Positions 53,525 to 64,000 of a DNA stretch of 64,000 bases are shown one piece after another (within the stretch, counting starts at the first letter, position 1; the number at the start of each line of letters is the position of its first letter). The stretch spans positions 310,001 through 374,000 of the forward strand of contig CM060732.1 of NCBI GenBank assembly GCA_030704615.1, in the 5' to 3' direction. The position numbers and the translations under genes are program-made. Under the pieces are notes generated by a model that was not told the origin of the DNA, did not search any database, and saw only the letters and a program-made list of their open reading frames with translations. This DNA is from Takakia lepidozioides (Eukaryota; Plantae; Bryophyta).

Positions 53525-54206
53525 CCGTAGTGGAACGGCAGATTACGCACTTTAGTGCCTAATAATTATTAAATCTGGAATATTCTCTTTAAGCACTTAA
53601 TATATATATATATATATAGATTAGGCACATGTCATCCATGATTTCTCATGTTTAGGCACCTTTCATCACTTGGAACTCTCTCCTTTCATCCCCTCCCTCT
53701 CTTTTCCCAAGACAAACCCTAGGACAAGTCCTGTCATTCGCAACAATGCTCTCTCTTTTGTAATGGAGATGGCATGACAGAGCACAGTGCACGGTACGGA
53801 CGCAGATGTGGAGATGGCTAACACTAGAGGAACTTCTATCTTGATGTTGAGGTGGTGGAGAACATGAGTCGCTGCTTTGGAAATTTGCGCATCGAAGACT
53901 CAGATATACCTAACTTGAATGGTGATCAAGAATTCAGTGATGAACATTTGCAGGATGTTCGGGACTCATTGGAAGGTCCTATGGAGGTTGTATGGACCTA
54001 GGGAATTGGCCTATATTTTTTGAATATTTATGGAGATTTGTTTTTTTGCTTCCAATAGAAATTATATAGAGTTTAGAGAATTTTATTGAATTATGCACTT
54101 TCATGTTATTTTTCCTGCCTTTTAGGCATAAATATTGAAAATTCACAGATTTCCTTAGGCATTTTTTATTTATTTAATTTGTGCCTAATCTGCCGTTCCA
54201 CTACGA
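53525..54206. mobile_element. Tc1/mariner-type MITE
   Basis: 25-bp TIR CGTAGTGGAACGGCAGATTA(C/G)GCAC with TA on both sides (53523-24, 54207-08). Confidence 0.8.
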
Positions 54207-54924
54207 TAGGTGAGCTATGAGGGCATCCACTCGACAAACTTTCCCGAGACCATGACATTTCGCCAAGCAGGTCGGTGATGCATTTGCAGAGATGCGTAAT
54301 GTGCCATGTCTACATATCCATTTTGAAAATCAAAATGATATCATATATCGTGAGATATAAAAAATTGATGGTACTGTAAATGAGAGTAATCACAGGAAGT
54401 TAAATGAAAGACTTTTAGCTTAGTGTGCTAGAGTACCACGAAGAAGGATATGCCTACGTGGAGGGTGCAGAGTACATATTAAGTAGCAAATAACTACTAT
54501 GACTCATGCAACTCTGTGTCATTTCGATCAGCTTCATGTCATTGTCTTTGTGAGCTTTGTTGGTAGAATGTGAAGGAGTTTGCACAGTTAGGATAATTCA
54601 GCAAAGGGAAACATATATGGTCTCAATGGAATTCAACTATCAATTAGATAATGTCCGAAGAAGACTGCAGCGACAGTATCCTTTAAGGAGATAGCAAAAA
54701 TCTTGGCAATCCATGCATAGACCCACCCTCGCTGGGTAGTTGGCACCGACTTCATATTTAACAATCAATTATGCGTTCTGTCGCGACGACAAACTTTAAA
54801 ACTACAAGTGCCCAAGAGAGAAGAAATTGTTTCATGCAAAAATATTGGTTCTTTGAACTCATACATGTTCATCAGAGAGGTAAATAGTTTTAAGAAAATA
54901 ATAATAATAATAATAATAATAAAT

Positions 54925-55450
54925 CTATTAGTCGGCGTCGACTTATCTTCGACTATGAACACAAAAAATCAGTTTGGGTTTAAGTTCATTAGAGAACGGA
55001 GGAAAACAAAAGGAAAACAAAAGTCAAAAAACTATTAATCGGCGCCGACTTATCTTCGACTATGAACACAAAATAACAATTTGGATTTAAAGTCGGCACC
55101 GACTTTAACAATGGGAGGGAAAGAAACAAAAAAAACTATTAGTCGGCGCCGACTTATCCTCGATTATGAACACAAAAAATCAGCTTGGGTTTAAAGTCGG
55201 CACTGATTATAACCAAAGGAGCAAGCGAAAAAAAAAAACAACAAAACAAAACAAAACAAAACAAAACGGCGCTGACTTATCCTCGATTATGAACCCCGAA
55301 AATCAGCTAGGGTTTAAAGTCGGCACCGACTTTAACCAAAGGAGCAAAGAAAAAAGAAAAAAGAAAAAAACTATTAGTCGGCGCCGACTTATCCTCGATT
55401 ATGAACACAAAAAAACTGGCTTGGGTTTAAAGTCGGCACCGACTTTAACG
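54925..55450 (+). repeat. ~110-120 bp tandem repeat with palindromes AGTCGGCGCCGACT and AAAGTCGGCACCGACTTT
   Basis: About 5 units separated by A-rich linkers. Confidence 0.85.
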
Positions 55451-55580
55451 ATGGGAACTTTATAGCCATGAGCATGAGCAAAAGACGCACTATTTGGAAA
55501 GCTTGGACCACCATGAGAGAGTTCTTGGCCCAATCCATGCCTACTTCTGTGGAAGAAGCCTTACGACAACCTCTTTTTGG

Positions 55581-56335
55581 GGGGGTTGTTATTCCATGAG
55601 CTCATGAGCTCATGAGCGGGTTGAGCTCATGAGCGGGCATGGCTCACCCATGAGCCGCCAAGTAACACACTACGAATAAAGGCAGGTTTTTTTCGGGCCC
55701 AAAACGATAAAATAATCAAAAGTAGTATAAGAAGAGTAGGTTTTCGAAGATTTTCGCGCTCATGCTGGAAGCACTCCGCTCACAAGTACCAGTATCCGCT
55801 CATGACTTGGAGCCCAAGCTCATGGACCGCCAGCCCAGGTCATAGAAAAATAGAATTCTGGCCAATAACGGCATCGAAATTACCCCAGAGCAAGGAACGC
55901 GCGCGGAATTAGGATCCAGGTTTGCAGACTCCGAAAACGCAATGAGGACCTGTAACCGTGGATAGTATTGTTGCAGAAGTGCAGGATGGTTGGGTATAAC
56001 GGTGCCGTAATTGGGCACAGGAAAAGAAATAGCCGGCTGAAGGCTCGGGAGTGAAGCCAATAACGGTGCCGAAATTGGGCACCACCAACCAAATACCCAG
56101 CTGAAGCCTCCGGAGTGCAGCCAATAACGGCAGCAAAATTGGGCTCCGGAAACCAAATACCCGGCTGAAGCCTCCGGAGTGCAGCCAATAACAACGCCGA
56201 AATTGGGCACCGGAAACCAAATACCCGGCTGAAGCTTCCGGAGTGCATCCAATAACGGCGTCGAAATTGGGCTCCGGAGAACAAATACTCGGCTTACGGC
56301 GACGGAGTGAAGCCAATAACGGCGCCGAAATTGAG
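55581..56335 (+). repeat. MULE-like terminus with CATGAGC repeats, followed by a ~64-bp tandem repeat
   Basis: GGGGGTTGTTATTCCATGAGC at 55581. Unit GCCAATAACGG(C/T)GCCGAAATTGGGC..GGAAACCAAATACCCGGCTGAAGCCTCCGGAGTGCA repeated ~6 times at 55990-56335. Confidence 0.75.
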
Positions 56336-56534
56336 GACAGGGCCGACAACTGCCAGATGCAAACTGTCCTGAAACTGGTGCGGATTTGTCTAATAAAAGC
56401 ACACATGTGGGAGGAAATTCAAGTTCTGCCGCATACGACATTGGCAGTGCAACAATGATATATCCCTCTTCCGCCGGCCTCACTCTCATTTTGCTCTTCA
56501 CTCTTCTCTTCTGTGCCCCTCTCCTCTCTGCTCT

Positions 56535-57107
56535 GTGTTCTTGTTGTGTCGTGAGGCCATGTCGTGCCCGAATTACATCTATCGACGCCAGACGGGACTC
56601 ATTGCCCCGAAAGCAGACGACATCATTGTCTTCCTAGATGTTTACAGGGACGATCCTCGACTTGTCCAGCTGAGAGCAATGGAGTTTCTTCCAGGATTGC
56701 ACGATTCTCCTGGACCTCGGTTGGGGAGCAGGTGGTTCCTGCGCATCGTGGACCTGGACTTTCCGCTTGACTGGGAGCCGAACAGATCACGCACAACGTT
56801 GCTGTATCGCTGGAACTGTTGCGAGTGGACGTATGATGAGTGCATAGGTGAAAACTTCACGCGTGGACGGACTGGCTCGGAAAGTGGGGACATTCTCTTC
56901 AGTTATGAGGATGAGGAGGAGGGGAACACAGGGCCCACTGTGAAAATGTCCTACAAAGGGGGTGCTATCGATAAACACGACATCCTCATTGATTTCAACC
57001 GGGCGACAGAAACCGCTGACATTTTGTTCAAATATCGGCACCCGGTCACTCAAGAGGTCCTTGAGAGGCCAGTTCGAGTTCCTTCTACTTGGGCGAGGGG
57101 ACCATAG
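56535..57107 (+). CDS. Uninterrupted 190-codon ORF of unknown function (probable TE cargo)
   Basis: Protein-like composition, start uncertain, no family recognised. Confidence 0.3.
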   Translation: MFLLCREAMSCPNYIYRRQTGLIAPKADDIIVFLDVYRDDPRLVQLRAMEFLPGLHDSPGPRLGSRWFLRIVDLDFPLDWEPNRSRTTLLYRWNCCEWTYDECIGENFTRGRTGSESGDILFSYEDEEEGNTGPTVKMSYKGGAIDKHDILIDFNRATETADILFKYRHPVTQEVLERPVRVPSTWARGP

Positions 57108-58069
57108 CCGCCCGTCTTATATGCTAGAGTAGACATGTTTGGACTCGCGGACAATCATGGCAGATACATTTTCCTCCAGAAATCCAGTAACTTCCCTGTG
57201 CCATATGGGGAATATACATGCTTGGATAATCTTCTGTAAAGGTTTTTGCAATTGACTGCCAGTATGTTGGGACGTGTCCTTAGTCGTATGGATTGCTGTG
57301 TGCACAAGGTGCAGTATGCGAATGCTGGAATGTGCAGTAGGAGCCTTCCCATTGGGACACAGAACTTGCAATCTTGTAAAGGCATCACATTTGCAGAACA
57401 GTATCAATGTATTGGTAGCAAATCGGAGTCTTCTCATAAAGGTGGACGAAAACGCCAGAATGGGCTGCGAAATCACCACAAAATGAATGAAGAGCAGTAA
57501 CAAGGAAGCACTATGCAATATACAGTCCAATAACGACGCCGAAATAGGCCACAATGTCCGTGTATCTCCACACAATGAAGGCTTTTCTCGAATCAACTAG
57601 TGTATCATGGGGGTGCTTCCTATTTGTATTCCTTCTCGCATTCATTGTTAGCAATTTCCTTATTGTCTATAATTAAGTATCAGATTGCTTTTGCAATCTA
57701 CCATGTTCCAACTACTCAAGCATTCATTCCACAGCTTCACTCATATCTCTCTACACGGTGTGAATATGAAATAGGAATCATATTAATATCTATCATGTAT
57801 CAAGCCGAAGCCATGGTGTCTCTAATCTGCTCTACAGTGCATCTCTACGGCTTGCATTAATAGACATAACCAAAATAAAAAAAGCATGCCCACGCCATTC
57901 AGGGTCAAAGACCACATTCTCATGTATTGCGGCACCAAAATGCACCTAAAGCCATGGCGGTGCGGCACCACCAAGTGTATAATTCCTGACAAAAAAATAG
58001 GGTGCAAGAAGATGAATGTAATATAATTGGGTGGGAATGTTAGTTGCACATGTCAATAAAATACAGTTG

Positions 58070-58950
58070 CGCCGCTATTGCAACAATGAAAGTGGCTTAA
58101 ACTGTCTTGCCACTTTCTCCTTCCCGAATGTCAAGCAGTCCGACCTGTATCCTGCCATAGGGCCTTGTGCAAGCTCGTTGACGCTCAGTGTTGGAGCATG
58201 GATGAAGACGTCCACTGCGGATATGCAACTCATGCGCTTCAGAAAAATAAAGGTGTTTGCAGGGGACGTATGCTGCATTCTTTGATTCCATAACAAGGAA
58301 GTCCTCACAGTTGCAGGCTGGGTACTGAGAAACCGTGATTGCATACACGACACTGCGCGCAGCAAACCCGGCTGTTGACAATTGAAATATGCGCCCCATC
58401 CCGGGGTGAGGAATATCCCTGCAACCTTGCACTATGCATGGCATTGCAAGAGCGTTGGCCATCCTGGTGTCATTCGCCTTTGTTGGTGGCCGTCGTCTTT
58501 TCAGTTTCCCCCACCGATGGGTGGGCCAAGCTGCGGGGTCACCCACCGGTATGCGGGGTGAAGAGTCTCTCGTGGGAGGAGGATGACGACTGGGAATTGG
58601 ATTTCGAGTAACGTCTGTCCTCTCCACCAGTCGAAACCCTGCACATCCTAGAGCGTCTGCCTCCTTTAGGGTAAGATTTGTACCAGTTGCCACAGGCCAG
58701 ACTGCTGGTGGTTCAGGCATGCCTTGTACACCATACTTGGGCTTGCCGAACACACACGACATGATGTCGTGCCTGCAGAACCAGAACTCCTTCCACAAAC
58801 TTTGCGCACACAAATCTCCTTGTGAAACAAGGGGCAAGCACACCGCCCTGCGGGCTCCTCCGAATCATCTCATTGCATCTCTGGTTGGTGTCGACACGAA
58901 CAACACAACATTTGCCACAAAAGAAAGTGGTCTTTGAAGTGGAGCCATCT
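58070..58950 (-). pseudogene. SWIM zinc-finger protein
   Basis: YAITVSQYPACNCEDF-x11-PCKHLYF, then frameshifted DVFIHAPTLSVNEL. Confidence 0.75.
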
Positions 58951-58954
58951 GCCT

Positions 58955-59536
58955 GAATGTCCTTATTCTTGGAAGATGATTTGGCGGGACGTCTGGTGAA
59001 AAGACAGAGCTGCCAGAGTGCAAGGTTTTTTTGTGGAAATTGGTTAACAGAATTCTGCCTATGCGCGGGGGGGGGGGGGGTTCTTTCTCTATCTCTTGCT
59101 CTTCCTGCAATCTGCTGGTGTCTGAATCAATTGAGCATTGCATTGTTCAGCATTGCCTTATTGCGAGAGCTGTGTGGGCCAAAGTTCTAAGTTTCTATGC
59201 TGCTTGGAAGCCTGTTCCCTTTGGCTGCCTCTCTGTTGTCCTTCTTAATTATTCGCGGGGAGTGATCTAGTCCTCATGTCCTGTTTGGGCTGCTTTAAGA
59301 GCTCACACCCTCTGGAATATATGGAAAGCAAGGTGTGGTCATGTTTTTGCTGGTTCTCCTATTTGTGCTAGGGCCATATTGTTCAAGACTCACTCAGACC
59401 TGATGTCTAAAGCTCGGAAAGCCTGGCGGGTTTTAGGGTTAGCTCTTTGCAGATGCAGCGCAAGGAGGGAAGCTCAACTTCTCACCGACTTTGATGATTC
59501 TTGGGGTAGGGGAGCTATTATCTGCGCCAGGCAAGC
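58955..59536 (+). mobile_element. L1-like LINE ORF2 C-terminal region (zf-RVT), partner of 24364-24992
   Basis: WKMIWRDVW..FLWKLVNRILP..CSSCNLLVSESIEHC...C.IARAVW..LWNIWKARC..F; ends at AAGC (TSD). Confidence 0.8.
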
Positions 59537-60479
59537 TGTCGTGTGCATACATATCGCTACACAACTACATCGTTGTCCAAAACCACACAACACATATGCA
59601 CACCACACACTAGTATACCACTAGTCCACCACTAGTCCAACCACTAGGCTACAACTAGTCAGTCACTAGGCTGCCACTATGCTGCCCACTATGGCAGTCA
59701 CTGGTCCACACAATAAAGAAGAAGAATACAAGCACGAGCTCACAAATCTGAAGCATAAACTCATGCATATATAACCTCATACTCAAATACAAGTCAAGCC
59801 AAGTGCACCCCACGCCATGGGGAATCCACACTACGGCGCCATAGCTAGGCGCGGTGAGGCTCAACTCGAAAAAGATGAGCCTCCCGCGCTTGCCGTAAAA
59901 ATAACCACTCCAGGGCCTAAATCTGCCTTGACCGCTGGACTGACACTTGGGCCAATCCCAAATGTCAATATGTAAAAGCTAGCTATTTCCTAGCTAGTTT
60001 CACACTAGTGCTAAAATAACTTGACAGCTGTCGTGCGCATACATATCGCTACACAACTACATCACTGTCCAAAACCAACAACACATTGCACCCACCACAC
60101 ACTAGTATAACCACTAGTCCACCATAGTCCAGCCACTAGTCCAACCACTAGGCTACAATAGTCAGTCACTAGGCTGCTACTATGCTTGCCCACTATGGCA
60201 GTCACTAGTTCCCACAATCGCCCCCCCCAGATGGTGCTTAGGTCCTCTAAGTCCAGGTAGCCACAAGATGTGATAGTGACCATAGCCTCCACTAGTCCTC
60301 CACCATATCCCTACTACATCAAACGATAGATCAAGAGACCGGGTGCAAGAGTTGCCCATCGATGTCGCCCGTTCTTGCAACCCGTGAACTTGAGCTTGGG
60401 ATCTCATGTATTGACTCATATGAGCTTGGCCTCCCATGTCTTGTAGCGCCTCCAGTCATTGTCCACTGCCCACTATCCA

Positions 60480-60612
60480 AGCAGTGTGGAACAACCAATC
60501 TCCGTCAGGAACCTTCTCAAGAGGTGGTGTCAAGCATCCATATGCCAACCCCTTGAGCATCGATCACACACCAGCATGGTGGTTGCCCCTTGGCAGACCC
60601 ACAGAGCATGCA
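60480..60612 (-). pseudogene. PHD finger at the integrase C-terminus
   Basis: After correcting single-base indels: CMLCGS..TMLVCDRCSRGWHM.CLTPPLEKVPDGDWLCPHC (C4HC3). Confidence 0.8.
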
Positions 60613-60920
60613 CCTCAAACCTGCAGGTTACCACTGCAAGTTTGGGTCAACTCTGGCCATCGACCATTGGGAAGGTGACATGGCACACAATTCCGCACTG
60701 GTCCTTCCAAGTCATGCAAACCCGACCTCCAAGATCATGACCCCTGAAGGGAAACACCTCTCGAACCCTCAGAATAACATGCCCTGCAGTACATCTAGAG
60801 TCATAGGAGCAGTCTGCTGCAAATAAACATAGTCAATAGGGCTAACCTCGAACCCCAGGACGATATCCTCACCACGTAAGTGGCATACCTCAACGTATCA
60901 CTGGTGCTGTGCAATGGCAA

Positions 60921-61384
60921 GGTTTGGTTCCATTGCCTGACAAGGCTAATGAGGGGGCTGCGTATGCATTCTTGGATCGTGTGCTTAGCCGATTGGTTTT
61001 GCTCCAGCTGAGGTACTCACGGACCAAGGGAGAGAGTTCTGGGGGAGTTTCAGGCTTTGTGTGCAAAGCCTTGATAGACCAAGCACCATTCTCGGGATCA
61101 TCCTGAGGCCGAGAGCCAGACTAGCTTAGCAGAGAGAGTTGTTTCAGACGGTGAAGAGGGGATTTGCGCAAGTATGGCTTGCAGAAGGGACAACTAGGAG
61201 ATTGGGATCTTCAGGTTCCTTGGGTTAGTCATGGGCTACAGGTTTAGCAAACAAGCATCACTTGCCTCCTTCTCACCATATTTCCTTCTCTTTGGCCGAG
61301 AGCGGATTTGCCTGAGCCATTCGTAGGGACATGCTCAGTCCTTAACCTTGGACGATCCGGACATGTTGGTACGTGCATGTGATA
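60921..61384 (+). pseudogene. Integrase catalytic core, locally inverted
   Basis: LVPLPDK..AYAFLDRVLSR..PAEVLTDQGREF..LAERVVQTVKRG..SPYFLLFGRE on +, while the flanking integrase parts are on -. Confidence 0.85.
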
Positions 61385-61672
61385 GAGAAGGCTCCACCAT
61401 CACCAATACATATCTGTGGTGGCGCATAGTCATGGCAACGGTCCTGCAAAGTCAAGACTCCACCTGTTTGTAGCCCAATTCCATGATTGGTAAAGGATGC
61501 AACTGTAGGTTGTAGGGGTGTTGAATGAAGCACACACCCTGTCACAACACCACCATGCACCTAGCCACGAATTGTTGCACCTCTGTATGCATACCACGGC
61601 ACCAATACTGCCTTGCAGTAAACTGGAGTGTGTCGCACTCCAAAATTGCCCCAACTCCTCATGGGCATTGCC

Positions 61673-61815
61673 CCTGGGGGGTGAACTCCTACCAATATGT
61701 ACCAGCGCCACGTGCGTGCACAGGAGGGGGTATTTTAAACCCCCATGTACAACCATTATACAATAGGGGGGGGTTTATATCACCTTAAAATAATCTTACA
61801 GGAGGGGATTATAGA
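61673..61815 (+). mobile_element. Second terminus of the P-like DNA transposon (now in direct orientation to the first)
   Basis: CCTGGGGGGTG preceded by GGCATTGCC (TSD plus 1 base). Subterminal CAGGAGGGG and ACCCCCATGTA motifs. Confidence 0.8.
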
Positions 61816-62671
61816 ATTTTAGGAGTAGTCTAGTGGTAAGTAGAGGCGTTAGAATGTGTCGTGACGCACCGCGGATCAAATCGCGATGCAATGTTGTTTT
61901 TTTTTTTTTTTTTTTTTTTTTTTTCTCCCCGCGATTGTATGTCTCCCACAGGCTCTCTTTTCCCTCCTCCCCCGCACCCCTTCCGTCAGCATGGTCTTAG
62001 CAGGCCATGAGCTTTGTGACCCCCTCTCTTTCTGGGTTCTTTTTTCCATTATCCCATAAGATCTTTGAGCTTCCTGCAGCCATTGTGAAGTATGATCGCA
62101 TTTTACCAAGATTGGCGCCTTTGCGAATAGTGGCACCCTTCCATGGCCTGAAGCATACTCAACGGTGCATGATGTTGGTGGGATGAACTGGGTTGTGTAT
62201 GCAGCAACGTTGGAGGTGAGTTCCATCTAGCATCTAGCCCTCACAACTGGTGTAGACTAGATCTTGGATGTATACAATTTACGGAACCCTAACTTCATTT
62301 GTGATTGTGAGTTGTGAAGGATTACTTCGTTTACACATGTCTTGTGGTGCTGCAGCTGCCAGAACAAGGCCTGGCAAAGGAACTGAACTTATTGTACTCT
62401 CTGCTTGCATTGTAGCAATTTCCAGCGATAATAGAGTCTCGGTGTTAGAACTGGCCCGTTTGGAACTCGCGTCGGTTTGGGAAAGCCAATCATCTGGCAG
62501 TTCTCAGAGAAATGAGAGGCTCTCGGATGGAGAATGCTGCGGACAGTTAATTTATGGTCATTTGTCAACAGTGGTGGGATAATGCAGGCGAAGTGACTAC
62601 CTAATATTTCTTTGAGAATATGCGGAACCTTAGCATTTTCTTGTGGTTACTCTTCGTAACAAACCATTGGT

Positions 62672-63380
62672 GAGGTTTGCTATTTAATGAGCATGAGCGG
62701 CATGAGCGGCGATTGAGCGGCATGAGCGGAAAGAGAGAGTTAGAAGGGACAATCGGTTTCATGAGCAGGAAGTAAAAATTTCGAAAATAAAAAACAAATA
62801 AAAAAACAATAATTTAATGCAATGTGTCAGAAAAAAAACAGATCTATTATCGGCCCTTTGAAGGAATTGCAGTTTGACAGTTGTGCTCATGATATTTCGT
62901 CTTCCGCTCATGCCAATTCCCAGCGACATGTGCAAATATGGCGCCGAATTTCGCGGTAATAGGGTCGTAAACCTGGAAAAAACGGCGAAGTATTTCGCCG
63001 GTAATAGGTCTCTTTGGCGAAAAATGGTGCCGAATTCCGCGGCTATAGGTCCCCTCATGACAGGTAATTCGGCGCCATTTCCAGTGCATGTTCGGACTTA
63101 GCCAGTTTTCGGCGCAAAATAGGGAAAATTCGGCGCCATTTTTCCAGACACTGTACTAGTGCATGTTGGGGACTTTAAGCCAGTTTTCGGCCCAAAAAAG
63201 AGAAATTCGGCGCCATTTTTCCAGACACGGTACCAGTGCATGTTAGGACTTAGCCAGTTTTCGGCCCCAAAAAAGAGAAATCGGCGCCATTTTCCTAGAC
63301 ACAGGTGATCCAGTTGCATTGTTGGGACTTAGCAGTTTTTCGGCCCCAAAAAGAGAAATTCGGCGCATTTTTTCCGGAAA
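62672..63380 (+). repeat. MULE-like terminus with CATGAGCGG repeats and ~59-bp tandem repeats
   Basis: GAGGTTTGCTATTTAATGAGCATGAGCGG at 62672. Unit GAAATTCGGCGCCATTTTTCCAGACAC..TGCATGTT.GGACTTAGCCAGTTTTCGGC repeated ~5 times. Confidence 0.75.
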
Positions 63381-63544
63381 ATGGCCACCACAACTGCTTC
63401 TGTTGGATCTCAGTTTGAATGGAAATATTGCCTCATTCCAGGAGTTTTGGGTTGCATTTCATACACTGCAAAAAAAAATGTCGATACAGCAAAATGCAAT
63501 TGAAATATCCATATGGAGGATTCCCTTTGCCCATCAATGATTTC

Positions 63545-64000
63545 TGAATCCCTAAGGGAGTAGTTTGTGCCGATCGTTCATGCTCAACGCCGGTGCATGA
63601 ATAAAGTCATCAATAGTCACGTTCATCCTCAACCTCTTCAGGTAAATGTAAAAGATGCTTGCACGGATAATATTGGAACCCTTCTTTGTTTCCATCAACG
63701 AGAAGTCCGTACAATTGCAAGTCGGCTCCACTCCAATCGTTAATGTGTGTTACTATCGTCGCGTACAGCCGAAAGCCGGCGTTTGCCATCCGATAACACG
63801 CCCAAGGTCGGGTGGGGGTACGTCCACGGAGCTATGAATAGTGCAAGTATCCAAGAGCATTGGCAATCCGAGGTCTTCATTCAACTTGTTGGGGAGGGTG
63901 TCGTCTCTCACTCGTCCGAATCGCATTGGTGGATGTGCGAAGAAGGAATATTGTCCAATCCGTCTATACGGGACCGGCAGTCTGCAATGGCTGGGTCTGA
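63545..64000 (-). pseudogene. Second, diverged SWIM zinc-finger gene (runs off the window)
   Basis: RIANAL, PHPDLGRVI, HTLTIGVEPTCNCTDFSLME, YPCKHL, DDFIHAPALSMND, collinear with 58070-58950. Confidence 0.7.

Larger units (their letters stand above)
59537..61672 (-). mobile_element. 3' half of the DNMT-Gypsy element: integrase, PHD finger, polypurine tract, terminal repeats
   Basis: (H)AHEELG..C..CDRV..WSLDFAGPLP at 61670-61390. Integrase C-terminus 60920-60620. PHD 60612-60480. G8 tract at 60228-60221. Repeats A(60029-60216)-B(59713-60026)-A(59537-59712) ending CGACA|GCTT. Many indels. Confidence 0.85.

Noticed and set aside
54925-56335. CRISPR-like array of palindromic repeats
   Set aside because: Whole units repeat with no unique spacers, there are no cas genes, and the context is eukaryotic. 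The same applies to 45440-46020 and 62935-63380.
1-64000. tRNA/rRNA genes
   Set aside because: None were recognised by eye; tRNAscan-SE or Infernal would be needed to exclude them.

Overview
Eukaryotic, plant-type nuclear DNA. PLS-PPR remnants, GT-AG introns and the TE families suggest a non-seed land plant (inference). Only two clearly intact host genes are present, both with intronless CDS on the minus strand: a TPT/UUAT-family nucleotide-sugar transporter (18980-20026) and a GPR107/CAND-like 7TM protein (22249-23562). The rest is nested mobile DNA that can be reconstructed from target-site duplications (TSDs). An L1-like LINE was split (4-bp TSD GCTT) by a Ty3/Gypsy retrotransposon carrying a DNMT3-like cytosine methyltransferase inside pol and a PHD finger after integrase. 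That element was split in turn (8-bp TSD GGCATGCC) by a large DNA transposon with a P-element-like transposase. A later inversion, or a mis-oriented assembly segment, flipped the distal half. Following the transposon's left arm are an intron-containing ParB-like + beta-class N4C/N6A-type methyltransferase gene, a RING-H2/protein kinase gene and OSB-PDF exon fragments. The protease and integrase cores of the retroelement are each separately micro-inverted. The left 10 kb holds decayed PPR + OSB-PDF-motif gene copies and MULE-like non-autonomous elements. All protein calls are from motif recognition by eye; no searches were run, and boundaries not marked by a TSD or TIR are approximate.
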